DNA of 64,000 nt from Isurus oxyrinchus. Taxonomy: Eukaryota. Below the pieces are notes generated by a model, which ran no database searches, was not told where the DNA came from, and saw only the letters and a list, made by a program, of their open reading frames with translations. Positions 37,420 to 50,555 of this stretch are shown piece by piece. Position 1 is the first letter of the stretch. Every line of letters starts with the position of its first letter. The position numbers and the translations under genes are program-made. The DNA lies in contig JANJGN010000035.1 in assembly GCA_026770705.1 (NCBI GenBank), positions 13,640,001 through 13,704,000 on the forward strand, given 5' to 3'.

Positions 37420-38730
37420 AGTTTACTTATGTGAGTAGTGAGGTGGATACTGTGACCAGGAATGAAGCTGAATTCAGAAGGTTCAAAGGGGAACTGAAAA
37501 AAAAACTAAAACAAATACTAGTAGCAAACAGAAAGTATGAGAAGAAACTAACAGCTACCATCATGGGGAATCCAAACTCTCACTGTAGACATATAAAGAG
37601 AAAACTCTCTGTTAATGGACGAGTGGGGTTGACCTGGTGATATATCCATGGAAACAGAGCCATGGCTAAGACGTATTCAATGAATGTTTTGCCTTACTCT
37701 TTAGCAAGGGAGAAGATAGTGTTCAGATATTGTGAAAAAAGGGACATTAAAACACCAGAAGGCAAAGGGATTGGCATTATTAAAGAGGAGGCATTGGATA
37801 GCATGCCTATTGTAAAAGCTCAGAATGAAGAAAAAACATGATGAGTTGTATCCAAGCATAATGAAAAAAGTGATACTATATATCTCAGAGACATTGATCC
37901 GAATTTTGCAATCTCCCTTTGCTGGTTCCAGAGAACTCGAGAATTTCAAATGCTAGCCATGTCTTCCAACAATGGGCGCCAGCATTTACAGGCCAGTCAG
38001 TTTAATCTCAGCTGCGTGGAGGTTTTAGAAATGATAATTCACTAGAACACGAAGCGTCACTTGTACAAATGTGAGCTAATTGAGAAAACTAACACAGATT
38101 TGTTAAGGACAAACCTAAATTGTTTCAAGAAATGTTTTGGTAAGGTAAAAGAGAGCGTTGGTAAGGGTAAGGAAGCTGATGTAGTGCACATGAACCAAAG
38201 GAATGCATTTTATAAAGTCAAGCACAATCGAATTGTGAGCAATGTTAGAGCTCATGGGAGGAAAGCTCCAGGTGTAACGATGCTATGAAGTCGGCAGAGT
38301 GGAAGGAAACTAAAAGTAGTAGTGAACATTTATTGTTTTCTTGAGGAAGGTTCCTAGATTTGGATGTCAGGAACGCTCGGACTTCCGCAATATGTCTTAA
38401 AGACCTACACCTTTTTGTAAAGGCCCCAATTTCAAAACTTGAAGATGATGCAACAATTGGAAAAAAATAATAAACCAGGAGGAGAATATTGTAGCACTTC
38501 AAGAGGATGTTGAAAGTTTTGGCATATAGGCCGGACAATTGGCAGGTGAATCTTTCTGGAGAGAAGAGTGAAGTGATTCATTTTGATCCAAAGAATCTAG
38601 TAGGCAATATAAAATAAACGGTGCAATCCTGAAGGATTTGTTTGTATATGTGCTTCGATCTATATATGGATGAGTAATTGAGAGAATGGTTAAGAAATTG
38701 AGAAGCATCCTGAGATTGATCAGTAAGGGT
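37420..38730 (+). mobile_element. Degraded CR1 LINE ORF2 (tether + RT)
   Basis: Decayed motifs tacaggccagtcagttta (YRPVSL), gatgtagtgcacatg..aatgcattttataaagtc (DVVYMD..AFDKV) and atttcaaaacttgaagatgatgcaaca (ISKFADDTK). Confidence 0.85.
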
Positions 38731-38739
38731 ATGATGTCA

Positions 38740-40150
38740 CTATCTCTGTAAACTTTCTAGCCCGACAACCTCCTTATACTCGTTAACTTCTCCAACCCCT
38801 ACAGTACTCCCTAAGTCTGTAACATCCACTTGTCCTAATAATCCTCCATATCTTAGTAAACTTCTCCAGCACCTTCCAACCCATCGTTTCTTCTTTGCAT
38901 CTTTCAGTTCCTAATAAACTCCCTATCTCTGTTACGTGCAACGCACTCTGTATAACACCCTTTCAGTAAATTCATAAAACTCTCCCTATCACTGCACCTA
39001 TAATAAGCGACTATAAACCTCAGCTTTCTCTGAAACCTGACCAACGCACCGTATGGGCTAACTCTCTATCCTCCTTCAGCCCCTTAAACCACTCATCAAA
39101 CCCCTATACACCTTCATTTCCCGGTAACAATCTGCCCTTCAATGCTTGCATTCTCTGTAAGCTCCTCCGGCCATAAAACACTCCTTACATCTGGAGTCTC
39201 CTCCAGCCTCATCAACCGTCCCTATGTCTGTATTATTCTCCAGCCCCTACAATCGTCCCTACCTCTGTAACCTTCTCCAACCCCTACAAAACTCCCCTAT
39301 GTAGGAACCTTCACATTGCCTATCACTTTCTCTCTGATTGAAAACTTCTGATGTCATTAAAACACTCCTGAACTAGGCAACCTCCTCTTGCACTTACCAC
39401 TCTTCCTACCTCTGTTAAATCCTCTAGGCAAATAACAATTCCTATCCCTGTAATCAGCTCCAGCCCCTGCAATCCCTCTAGTTCTGTAAACCTCTCCAGG
39501 CAATGCAACACCTTTAGCATTTTAACCTCCAGCGGCTCCTACAGCCCTCCCCACCTCTGTAACATTCATTGGCCGGGCAGTGCTCCCTACCTCTGCAACA
39601 TCCTCCAGTCCTACAACCTCCTCCCTGTATCCCCCTCCAGCTCCTACGAATCTCTCCATTTTAGTAATCACCTCCAGCCCCTAAAACCTCCCAATCCCTG
39701 TTACTTCCTTCAAAGCTTACACCCCCCCCCCAACTCCGTAACCTCCTCCAAACTCTACAGTTCTCCCTATCTCTGTAATCTCCTCCAGCCCCTGCAAACC
39801 TCTCCACCTCTGCAACCTCTTCTAGCACCTACAAGCGTCCCTATCTATACAGACTCCTCCAACGCCTACAACACTATCTTACTCTGTAAAGTTTGGCAGT
39901 GCCTACAACCCTCCCCATTTCTGCAGCATTCTCCAACACCTACAGCCGCCTCTATGACTGTAAGCTCCGTATAACGATTCTTATCTCTCTGAAAACCTCT
40001 ATCCCCTAAAGCTCTCCCTAGTTCTATAATCTTCTGCGGATCCTACAATCGTCCCTATCACTGTAATCTCCTCCATTCCCCACAATCCTTCCTTTCTCTA
40101 AACGTCCTCGAGCCCCTACAACCCTCCCAACTCTGTAACCTACTTCAAAC
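38740..40150. repeat. 37-bp minisatellite, ~35-38 degenerate units
   Basis: Consensus ~ctccctatctctgtaacctcctccagcccctacaacc; three consecutive 37-nt units are readable from 39763. Confidence 0.93.
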
Positions 40151-40426
40151 CTGTCAAACATTACAATTATGCTTTTACTGGCAGCTTAATCAATGCAACT
40201 TGTCTGCAACATTTTCTATATTATAACAATAACTACATGTTTCAATAAGTCATTCAATGTCGCGATTTTATGTTTGGCATTTTATATTTCGTAAAATGCA
40301 AGTTTTTGTTATACATTTGTTTCGCAATTAGTCCCTCAAGGCATACATTGAAATAAAACATAAAATCACTGGATGAAGTTTTTTTTTTTCAAGAAGTTAG
40401 GCTGCACCATGTCCAGTTGTAATTAT

Positions 40427-40716
40427 GGTACAATGGTTTGTGCGGATGTTAATGGGCAAATATTCTGTGGTACAGAAGTGTAGGGGTTATTTACTGCACA
40501 AATAATCCAAACTACAGGCGTGTAGCTGTTATGTTACCGAACTAATAATCCAGGGAACAGGATCTTAGGGATTATGTCATTTGACTAATTTTCCAGGGTA
40601 CAGCAGTGTCTATGCTATGTTACTGGATTAATAATCCAGGGTACAGTAGTGTCAGTTTTATGTTACTGGACTGGTAATACCAACATTGTAGGTGTTATGT
40701 TACTGCAATAATTGTG
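40427..40716. repeat. 43-bp minisatellite, ~7 units
   Basis: Consensus ~ggtacagnagtgtaggtgttatgttactggactaataatccag. Confidence 0.88.
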
Positions 40717-42629
40717 TTGAACGCAGATTATATAATCAGTTGCAAAATTAAACCTGATTGGGTGTGTTCCTTCAACGTGCCAACAGAACACTGATTTCCA
40801 TACAAATTGCTTCAACCTTTTATATAAATTCCAACCACAATGATTCAACAGGCATGTAGATTCAGATACAACTGCCGTCACAATAACAACCATCTACCAA
40901 CCTGTTTGATGTAACGTATTTAGCAGTTAAGCTACAGCTAAGTTTTCAGTCGAAGTGGAAAAAAAGTGAACAGAAGTGCAATATGAGACTTTCCTCCCTC
41001 CATTCAGTACGTAACTATCGCTGGAGTACAACTTGCCTCAAACACAACTTCGCTTTACAGTTTCGAACCATGAACATGGAAAACCCTGATCAACGGCCCA
41101 AGTTGACCATTAACAATCTAGGCAGCGGACGAGCGAGGGTGTCGTCTGAACCTACTGTCTGTGGCTGTTCACTGCTATTTCCATGACTGTGCGTCCCTTG
41201 AGAGGGAACACGCGGTCTCTGCCGGCACTGTTCAGGCCATCCTTCCTCGGCGGGTAACGAGGGGACTGCGGTGTTTCATTGACTCTGTTAACCACATTTA
41301 GATTTAGTGTTTGTTACTTTCCTTTAATTTTGTCTTGATTTTGCAGTTTCCATTTAGCAGATTTCCCTTTACTTTGTGCCTTATTTTGTTAATTTATTTT
41401 TATTTGTTTGACACAGAAGACTTTAATGAAACAGAAAACACCATAAACATGTTATTTCAGTCATTTTGTAACAGAGAACTTCAGTGCTGCTGAAAAAAGA
41501 GACATGTCAATCCTTTTCACCTTACACTCATCAGGTCATTTGGCAGCCTTGCGAAATAACCTGATAAGTGAAAGCTGAACTGTTTCAATATTTCTCTTAC
41601 TTCATCAACTCTCTAGTTGCTAATTCCAATTTCGGAAGTGAATTTCACTGAAATATTTGGGCTGACCATATCTAGCAATCAGGGATAATTTCTGAATGAC
41701 CATGGTGATGCACTTAGAGAGTTTGGTGCGCATTAAACTTTGTGCTCCACATTAAAGCACATGGTATCAGAAAGTCTCTGGTGCACACGTGGCAGGTCTG
41801 CACTGGAAGGAAACATTGGGCGTGCAGGAAAATACTGTTATATCCATAGTGTTCAAATTCACCAACGCCCAAGGTGACAATTGCCCCATTGCTCCTGAGA
41901 AGAGACATGCCTATCGGATTAAGTGAGTTGTGTGCATATTTTTTGCAAAAAGCTTTGCACAAGATGCAAATGTTTTCTTTTGTTCCTAATTTGTTCAATG
42001 GAATGTGGGAATCGCTGGCCTGTGCACCATTTATTGCCCATTTCTAATTGTCTTTGTTCAGAGTGCAGTTATGAGTCAACCACATTGTCATGGGTCTGGA
42101 GTGACATGTCTTTCAAGCCAGGAAAGGCGGCAGATTAACTTCTATAGAAGACATTAGTAAACCATGTGGGTTTTTTTTAAAAAATCGACAATGGTTTCAT
42201 GGACATGTTTAGACTTTATTTAAATTCCAGGTTTTCAATGAATGCAAATTTCGTCAACTGCTTTGGTGGGAACCGAACTGTGCCTGAGAGCATTAGCCTG
42301 GTTTTCTGGAATACCAATCTAGTGGCAAAAGCTATATTTTGCTGCCTCCATATATGTGTCTTTGGACATTTTTCACACAAGTGGCTCGGATCTGGAATGC
42401 ACTGCTTAAATTGTCATGGAGGCACGTACAAATTAGGCATCAAAGAGGACATTCGATGATTATCTGAATCGAAATAATGTCCAGGGTTCGGGGGAAAGGG
42501 CAGGCGAATGGCACTAGGTGATAATCTTCATTTTCAGAGTTGGTGTCTGATGCGAAGGGCAGATATTCTCCTGCTGTGCGGTTAAAATTCTGTGACATCA
42601 TCAAAACTTACCAGGCCTGACAAACGAGC

Positions 42630-42830
42630 TAAAAAAAAAACTGTGGAAGCTGGAAATCCAAAACAAAAACAGAATTACCTGGAAAAAAATCAGCAGGTCT
42701 GGCAGCATTGGCGGAGAAGAAAAGCAGTGACCTTTCGAGTCTTCATGACCCTTCAACAGAACTGATTGAATATTAGAAGAGGGGTGAAATATGAGTTGGT
42801 TTAAGGTGGGGTTGGGGGGTTGGGGAGAAG
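42630..42830 (-). mobile_element. Young Penelope-like 3' end (same subfamily as 13374-13564)
   Basis: gctggaaatccaaaacaaaaacagaattacctggaaaaa..cagcaggtctggcagcattggcggagaagaaaag is near-identical to 13395-13470. Confidence 0.88.
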
Positions 42831-42849
42831 AGCAGTCGGCCGTCTACAC

Positions 42850-43750
42850 CAATAATGCTATCCAGCGGAGAAAGGCAAGGAGGCGCTTGGACAGCATTTG
42901 GGGATGCTTTGGGCTCCATTCAACTTCGTAGTGCGTCGTACTTCATTGTGCATCATGGGGTCACTGGCTTTCAAATGATGAGTCTAATTGCTTTAACCTG
43001 TGCTGTTCAACACACGGGCGAACAAACATTTGTTTCATCTGAAGTAACACCGCAGTAAAAGAGGGCTTTATTGTGAGCTTGCAAATCGCACTTAGTCACA
43101 GCAAATGAGGCACACGCCAGAGCTGAAAGTAGGTGTGCACGTTTAAAGAGGCAGTTCCAAGAGATTGAACCTCTCTTACAGTTTCCCTCGAGGTGGCCGT
43201 GGTTGGCCACAGACCATTGTCCAACTCCTTGTGCAATGTGCTGTGCAAAGAGTGTCTGGAGAGACGCACAGCATTTTTTTGTGTCGAGATTCCTCCAGAG
43301 TAGCTCCGTGACACAGGACTCTGTCCCCCCCGGGACACGCAACCAGATAAACATCAACTGCAGCTGGAGGATGATCAACTGGATGAAATGAACTCTTTGG
43401 TCTGCCGGAACGTTATGGTCTTCCAGTGCAAAATGTTGACCATGGCCAATAAATGTAGACTGGCACATTACAAACTCCTAGACTATGTGCTGAGGAATGC
43501 ACTAAAGCTTGGAGTGCCAACTGCACTGGCGCAATGGGGAAAGGTTGTTCTCTAAATGCTTTCAGCCAAAGCGCAAGGAGGGTCCTAGAATTGTATAGAC
43601 CCCTCGAACTACATAAATCACAGTGAATGTATGCAGTGAATACTATATGCATCATAATTGTGGTGAAGCACCTCAGAACGCTACATGATCTAAGTAGACA
43701 AATTAAAAACCATTGCAATGACTACCAGTTATGACCATTATCAATGCTGC
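42850..43750 (+). mobile_element. Tx1-clade (L1 group) LINE ORF2 C-terminus + 3' UTR, degraded
   Basis: Across frameshifts it reads AKSVWRDAQ..SRFLQSSSVTQDSV..NINCSWRMIN..WSA/RNVMVFQCK..CRLAHYKLLDYVLRNALKLGVPTALAQWGKVVL-stop (43555), which resembles fish and shark Tx1 ORF2 ends (from memory). Confidence 0.8.
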
Positions 43751-44699
43751 AATATTATTTCATAGTAGTGAAGCAGCTCAGGGTGTTGCATGTTCCATGT
43801 GGGGAAGTTGAATATGATTGCAGTTTTTATGATGGCCAATTTGAAATGTTTTGCGAAGTACTTTCAGGTATTTTATCAATAAAGTATATTTTGGCAAAAA
43901 AAAGGAATGCTATTTTTGATAGGTTGTCGGATGCTCTTGCTATTCCGTTCCATTAAACACAGGAGGGCACTCGATTGGCCATTGCGGCTCATTTCAATTG
44001 CATTCACACCATGTGCCCTTGTTTTGTTTATTAATTTACGATGTGTGACAATGCTGGCTTGGCCCTTTTCTTCCAGTTTATTTATTTACAAATTCAGTCA
44101 AAGCGCTCTGGGCTGCATTTTCAAAGGTTCAAATGATAAGACATTTTGAAATTAAATTGCCTGGAAGAAAAAAATGCACAACCAGGCCCATGAGGCTGGT
44201 GATCTGAGGAGACAAGTTTCAGAAAACAATTCACGCAGATAAATGTGAAGAGGTGTGCTTTGACAAGAATAGCGAGGAAATGTAACTTCAACTTAAAAAC
44301 ATATAAGAAGTCTGCAAGGGAATGTGAATGGCACAGTAAGGCATTGGGACATAAGTACATTCATCCTAGAAAATTACATGTCAGTTTGTGAAAACACTTT
44401 AAAAACAACTATATATTGTGCTTTATAGACTGCCTAATGTACCCATGTTTAGCCGGGTCAAATGGATCGAGATCAGAGCAACATCATGCCCTGACTCTTG
44501 AGGTTTGAAGCTAACTGTGACTCATCACTATGTGGTAAAAGGGGATGGAAAATGTGTTTTGATGCCACTTGTTACAGAGCTGAATATCAGTGTAAGAACA
44601 ACTGGTCACTAATCGTTCTTATCCACAGGCTTTGGATTGTGAGCAACCGGAATAAGGATGGCTGATTTCCAACAATGAGGAACACTTTGCATGTCAATA

Positions 44700-45030
44700 A
44701 GTCCCCAAGGCCCCTTAAACTGCACCTTTCAAATTGACGTTAACTATAATCTAGAAGGATGAGTACAACAGACAGATGCGAAGATCCGCAACTGGGAATT
44801 CCCATCCAAGTGACTCACCACCCTCACTTGGGAATATATCGGCTTTCCTTCACCATCCCTTGCTCAATATCCTGGAACTCCCTCCCTACCAGCAATGTGG
44901 GTACAGCACTGTACACAAGTGCTGCAGCGGCTCAGGAATCGAGCTGACCATCACCTTTTCAAAGGGGCATTAGGGATGGGCAATAAATGCTGCCCAAGCC
45001 AGCGAAGGGAACGTCCTATTAATGACTTAA
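44700..45030 (+). mobile_element. LINE 3' tail (family of 11615-12515)
   Basis: ggggcattagggatgggcaataaatgctgcccaagccagcga. Confidence 0.85.
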
Positions 45031-45379
45031 AAGGACATTGGGAAAGAAGCTGCTCTTGACGAGCATTTTCCTTTAGAATCTGTCCACCGACCTGACCTGG
45101 GCCTAACACATTCTCCAGACTCAGTCGCTTGAATTGCTTCTCCAGTGGCCATTCATTGATCGGAACACAAAACCCCTTTAAATCAGGACGAGAAGCCAGA
45201 GGCACATTCAAATGTTTCGGTAATTCATTGTTTTCAAATCAACTAAAGAAGAAAAAAAAAGCACTTTGATTACTTAGCAGCATGAGAGGAATTATCTGTG
45301 ATCAAATCCGGAACTTTTGGGTAATATGGATTTATTATATGATGCGAAGTTTGCACTTCATACATTATTTGCGCTAAGA

Positions 45380-46290
45380 CCATAAAGGCATAAGATATAG
45401 GAGCAGGAGTGGGCCATTCTGCCCCTCAAACCTGCCCCACCATTACTTAAGATTTTGGTTTATATTCCCCACGCCTGAACTCCTCTATCATTTCAAGTCC
45501 TCGTGGCCCCCAACTCCCTGTCATTTCAAAAACCTATCTACATCCTCTTTAAATGGCCACCACCACTCCCTAAGGAAGAAAATTCCAGACATTCACAGCG
45601 CTCTGAGAGAAGAGTTTCCTTTGCGACGCAGTTCCAATGCGTCTCCCCTTATTCTGTAACTTTGTTCCATAGTTCAAGCTTCGCCCACTAATGGCAACAT
45701 CTGCTCAGCATCTACCTGTCAAGGCCACTAAAGCATTGTTAAGTCTCAATAAGATCGACCCTCATTCTCCCATGCTTTAAAGAATAAACGCCTAAACTCT
45801 TTCACCATTCTTAATAAGTCAACCCCTTCACCCCAGGAATCATCTGAGTCAATGTTTGTTGAATGTCCTCTAATGCCTTTAAATGCTTTCTTAAATAAGG
45901 AGACGTAAACTGTATACAGTACTCCAGGTGCGGCCTCACCAACACCCTACCGAGTTGAGAAAAGGCTTCACTTTTTTTTTTACTCCAACCCGCTAGCAAT
46001 AATGGCCAAAATTCAATTTGCCTCCTCAATTGGCTGTTGCACCTTCATGCTACTTTTCGTTTTTCCTGCACAAGAAAAAACAGCGCCCTCTGTGCTGCCC
46101 GACTTTTGGAGCAGCTCTCAATTTAAATAGTAGCCTGTCTTTTGAATCTTCCGACCAAATTTTCATGGCTTCACACTTTTCAAAATTAAGCTGCATCTGC
46201 AAAGTTTTTGATGATTCACTAAACCTGTAACTACCCAGTCGCAGATTCTTTAAGTCCTCATCAGAACATAACCCCCCACTTATGTACAAT
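45380..46290 (-). mobile_element. CR1 LINE 3' end
   Basis: ORF 45811..46029 LVRPHLEYCIQFTSPYLRK; tail accataaaggcataagatataggagcaggag. Confidence 0.92.
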
Positions 46291-47269
46291 TCTCTCTATT
46301 GGCGCATCATTCACAAGTTGAATTCCGTTTCTGACTTTGCTTTTTGTCCATCAAGATTTTCTGAGTCTGAATTAATAAAAGCAATTAGTTTTTCCTTCAT
46401 TGTTATATTTAATTACATTCTAATGCTGAGTTGATCATCTGGACTTATCATGATCGTTCTAAATTGGATATAAAATGTTCAAAAAAGATGTTCTAATCCT
46501 TTCGCCATTTGACATTAAAGAAATTGAGTATTGCTGGAAAAGGAGCTTCATCAAAAACTATCCTTTTTCAGCAATGTAATCCTGTAACATTATTACTTTT
46601 AATTTATGCCTTCATTCTCCTGACAAATATCTAAACTCGTGTTGTCAAATTATTATTTGCAGATGGTGAATTGTCATATTATCTCAAGCATTAAACACTT
46701 TCTTGACAAGTTTTGCTGGGTTTTTTTATTGGTATTAATGGAGGAGATACAACGCCTTGGGAACTGAACCTAACATCTCTGGATGAAGCAGAGGCTTGAA
46801 AGAATCAGTGATAGAGAGAAAAAAGAACAATGACTCAGTGCCTTTTTCAGTCAATTGGTCTGTATAAACAGTAACAGAGAGCGTCCTTCACAGCTTATTC
46901 AGAGTGCTCATATCATCGAAGGACATCTTCGGTGAATATGGTGATGGAGCAGCCAATTACCATGATTGGTTCATCATCAACTCCTGCTGCCTTTCCCCCG
47001 CATTGGCATTCAGTGGAATGTATGTCACAACAACCTGTGCTCGATTCAAGTCGAAGGGCAGGTAGGAAGGGGCAAGGAGCCAGGCATAGTAGGTCAATGT
47101 TAGCGAGATAAAGGTGTTTCTCAAATTTAAAGTGATTTAATCCATGTTAATTTACATGCAATCATCTCCAGCACGCCCCTGGCGATTTCTTTGTAGCAGT
47201 TAGGGTTCAAGTCTGGCGAACCGACCAAATCTATTAATGTTAATTGCACACTCTGGGAGGTCTGACTTT

Positions 47270-47860
47270 CGCTTGTTTTCGGCCGAGGCAGAGCACGCTC
47301 GCCTCCCTGACTTCTGACAAAGATCCTGAACAAATTCGATTCTCATCAGTTTAATTGCTCACTGACCTCATGTTTCTCATGGATGCCATCTCCTTCCCGG
47401 TCCTCACTGAGGCCGCTTGGAAAACGAGTTCGGCCCCTCTCGCACGGACAAGCCGAAGACTTTCAATTCCAAAGCGCTGGTTGTGACAAACCTAAGCAAG
47501 ACATGGGAAGACAAACATATTGTAATGGGCGGCGGGATGGTTGAAATATTAATCACCTCTCGGACTCGCCCGGCCTTGTCCTCTCCTGGGTAGTTGTTAT
47601 TCGCCACACAACGGTTTGGTCCTGACTCGGCAACCCCGCTTCTCCCAGGCCTCGGCAGCGACGCTCACCGGCCCCCAATTGGGCCCTCGCGCCTCCCCAC
47701 ACACTAAAATGAATCCAGAAAGGACGCCGAACCATAAAAAAAATAGTCGTAACCGCCGAGCAGTGCGAAACCCGTGCCGCCACAAAATACTTATCGCTGT
47801 GCACGTATGTACAAAGGCAGTCGTATCACCCTGCACTGCAGCATTCTGACGCCTCTCCCC
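47270..47860. promoter_or_regulatory. CpG-island-like block
   Basis: About 45 CpG in ~590 bp (rough hand count), far above the flanks; paralog 1850-2610 is also CpG-enriched. Confidence 0.5.
47298..47369 (+). pseudogene. U2 snRNA 5'-fragment relic
   Basis: Gap-free 39/58 match to vertebrate U2 nt 1-58 by hand, including aagatc and ttctcatcagtttaat, in register with U2 nt 1; branch-point-binding GTAGTA lost. Confidence 0.6.
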
Positions 47861-50480
47861 TTATAAATAGTATACTTTTTTTTAAACTTCAATCAAAGTG
47901 AAGAACTTTTATTTCCCCACATCTGCCAAATATCCGCCAATTCGCATAACCCATTTCTAACCTTTTGCAGTACATTAGAGACGGTACCTTCATGCAAAGC
48001 ATTGATATCGATACCGTAGAGTTGAAGAACTAGCACTGACCCTTCCAGCGTTTCTCTAGTTACAGCCTGCCTAGCTGCAAATGACCCTCATTATACCGAT
48101 TCTCAGTTTCCTTTCATTTAGACCGTCCTTTATTCATGTTAACCTGATAAGCTCTTACCTTCTGCAGCACATTTTACGTGACAAATTACTGGATGATTTT
48201 TTTTATCAGTCAAATACACGGCATTTGCACATTCCCCGTTAGCAAGCCCTATTGTGTTATTATCAGAAGACTGTAATAAACTGCTCAAACACGATTTTTC
48301 GTTCACCAAACCATGTTGACTGTGGCGGATTTCAATACGCTTGTGGTCAATGTCCTCTTAGTAATTCTTTAATAATGTTTCCTGCATTTTCGCAATGATA
48401 GGTATTGGACTAACTGCCCTATTCTTTTCTGCTTTCAGTCAACGTTTTTTTTAATATTGGCTTTATATGTGCAGCTTCCCAATTCCCAGGGACATTAGTA
48501 AACATAGTGAATTCTGGAAGGTTGCAACAAATTTACCGACTATCTCAGCAGCCACTTCTTCAAATGCCCTAGTATGCAGTCTACCAGTTCCATGGAAATG
48601 TTAGCCTTTAGTCTCATTATTTTCATAATATTATTTCCTCTAATTAAAGTGATTTTCTAAGTTCCTCTGACCCTCTTCCCCCCTGCTGTTCTCATTTTCC
48701 TGGGATGATTTTATGCCCTGCATAGTGATGACATCACCCAAATACATACTCTAAGTCTCTGCCATTGAAAGTTATTGACTATTCAGTCTCACTCTTTGAA
48801 GGAATAGCGATCACCATCGCCACTCTTTTCCTTTTTTGTATACTTGCAGAAGCTTTCACTGACGTTGTTACATTAGTCATCGTTGTTGCATTTCCCTTAT
48901 TTGTTCTTGATGCAAAGAGCTCAGGTGACTGCAAGACAAAAAGCTTTAACATGTCTCTTTTTTCGGCAATGCTCATGTTTCATATTTCTCGCTGTTTTTT
49001 TCCTTCTCATGACTCAACCTTGCCATTAGGCTCCTTTGCTCTTATCTAATGTCTGTCCAACTCTGTGGAATTCCACTATTTTTTACAGCAGCTTACTTTT
49101 AGTGAGATGGCATCCATAATGTCCCGACTTACACACGGATGGTGAATCACTCCTGTAGAGCCTGTCTTCCTCAATGCAATATATTCTTGCTGATGCTAGT
49201 GGCATATCTACTAAAATGGCGGCCGTTGCTTCTCTGAAGGCTTTCATTTTAACTTTAGTCACTTTTGCCAAGTCTGTTTTCATAAACTATTAATGGCCTT
49301 CATTTACGTCTAAGGCACTAATTCCAGTCACGACTTTCAAACATTCAAACCGTTTTCTTTGCTGGGGAATCACAGAGAGCAACAGAGAAAACAAGCCCTC
49401 CCAACACCAGAATCAAAACTTATTAAAAGAAAAACTGCATCCGGGCTGAGCATTATTCTCTGCAGAAAGGCAATAACAAGAGTTCAAAGGGGTTTCAACA
49501 CCATGATATGGATCGCAGACTTGCAGTTTAGCGTTCTGGTTTGCTGCTCATTACAATGTTTCATATTTATTCTGGGAACTAATGTTGAAAAATGCACCTG
49601 AAAATGTATATCTTACTAACCAATGTTTTTGACCGCAAGAGAGAGCCAATGTTCCTCAGTTGCTTCCTGTTTTCACTGTCACCTCTGTACCTCTGACGAG
49701 TTAATAGGGCTATCTCTGTATAGATAGGAATAAGCAATATGCGCCTGCACTTCTGCAGAAATATGTTACCCGGGCCAGAAATGTGCATTACGATACGTTC
49801 CACAAGTTGGCAATAGCAACAGAACCACAGCCAGTACTTTCAGGAAACTGCATATCTTTATTTGCAGGCATTGAACATGAGAACAGCTGTGACGTAGTGG
49901 ACATTAGCCGCCCCCCATCTCCCACCACCCATCACCCCGGCTCTCTCCCTCGCATTCATGAAATTATTTGCCATAAATATCCAGATTTTAATGTCCACAG
50001 TTAGAAGCATTTCGACATTTGAAACTTATCCAAGAAATACACAGCGCATACACAGACAATATAGTCCATTGATACTTTGTCCGCATTAATCTCACAGTTT
50101 GTTATAAACTTGGCCACGAAATGGACTTGCATTTGTTGTATTAGTGCCGGGGTGCTGATCATCCTAACTCAGGCATTAGTTACAAGTTATTTGGCTGTTC
50201 AGGAGCTGGGTTGCCCACGCGATTATAATTGGAGACTACGATCAATCAGTTTGTGCTCCAGATTATTATGGGCCCAGGCAGATAGTCAGTTTTAATGCCA
50301 TCTACAGAATATGTGCTGCAACCCTATGCCTTCTGGGACCCTAAAACAGGCGTTTGAATAACAGGTTTCGAGCTTTACACAGGGTTCATAGACGTGGCAA
50401 AAATTGGCCACGAGCTTTATTGTTTTGTGAAGCATGTTGTAAGTTTGGACCCCCATTTTCACCATATTCTGAAGGGGTAT

Positions 50481-50555
50481 ACATCATTTGATTAGTAAGG
50501 AGGTGCCGGACATTCATAATCTCTAGGCTGCAAATTCAAATCCTCCCATGGCTGG
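50481..50555 (+). pseudogene. tRNA-Met(CAT, elongator)-like relic
   Basis: acatcatttgattagtaagg...ttcataatctctaggctgcaaattcaaatcctcccatgg follows GCCTCGTTAGCGCAGTAGG...CTCATAATCTGAAGGTCGTGAGTTCGATCCTCACACGG at roughly 60%. Confidence 0.45.

Noticed and set aside
38740-40716. CRISPR-like arrays
   Set aside because: Head-to-tail minisatellites without unique spacers in a eukaryotic context, and no cas genes.
44440-44480. Initiator tRNA-Met-like ggtcaaatggatcgagatca
   Set aside because: T-arm-only similarity; 5' half absent.
47750-47850. Minus-strand tRNA-Val-like halves
   Set aside because: Needs a ~25-nt insertion and is not supported by the paralog.
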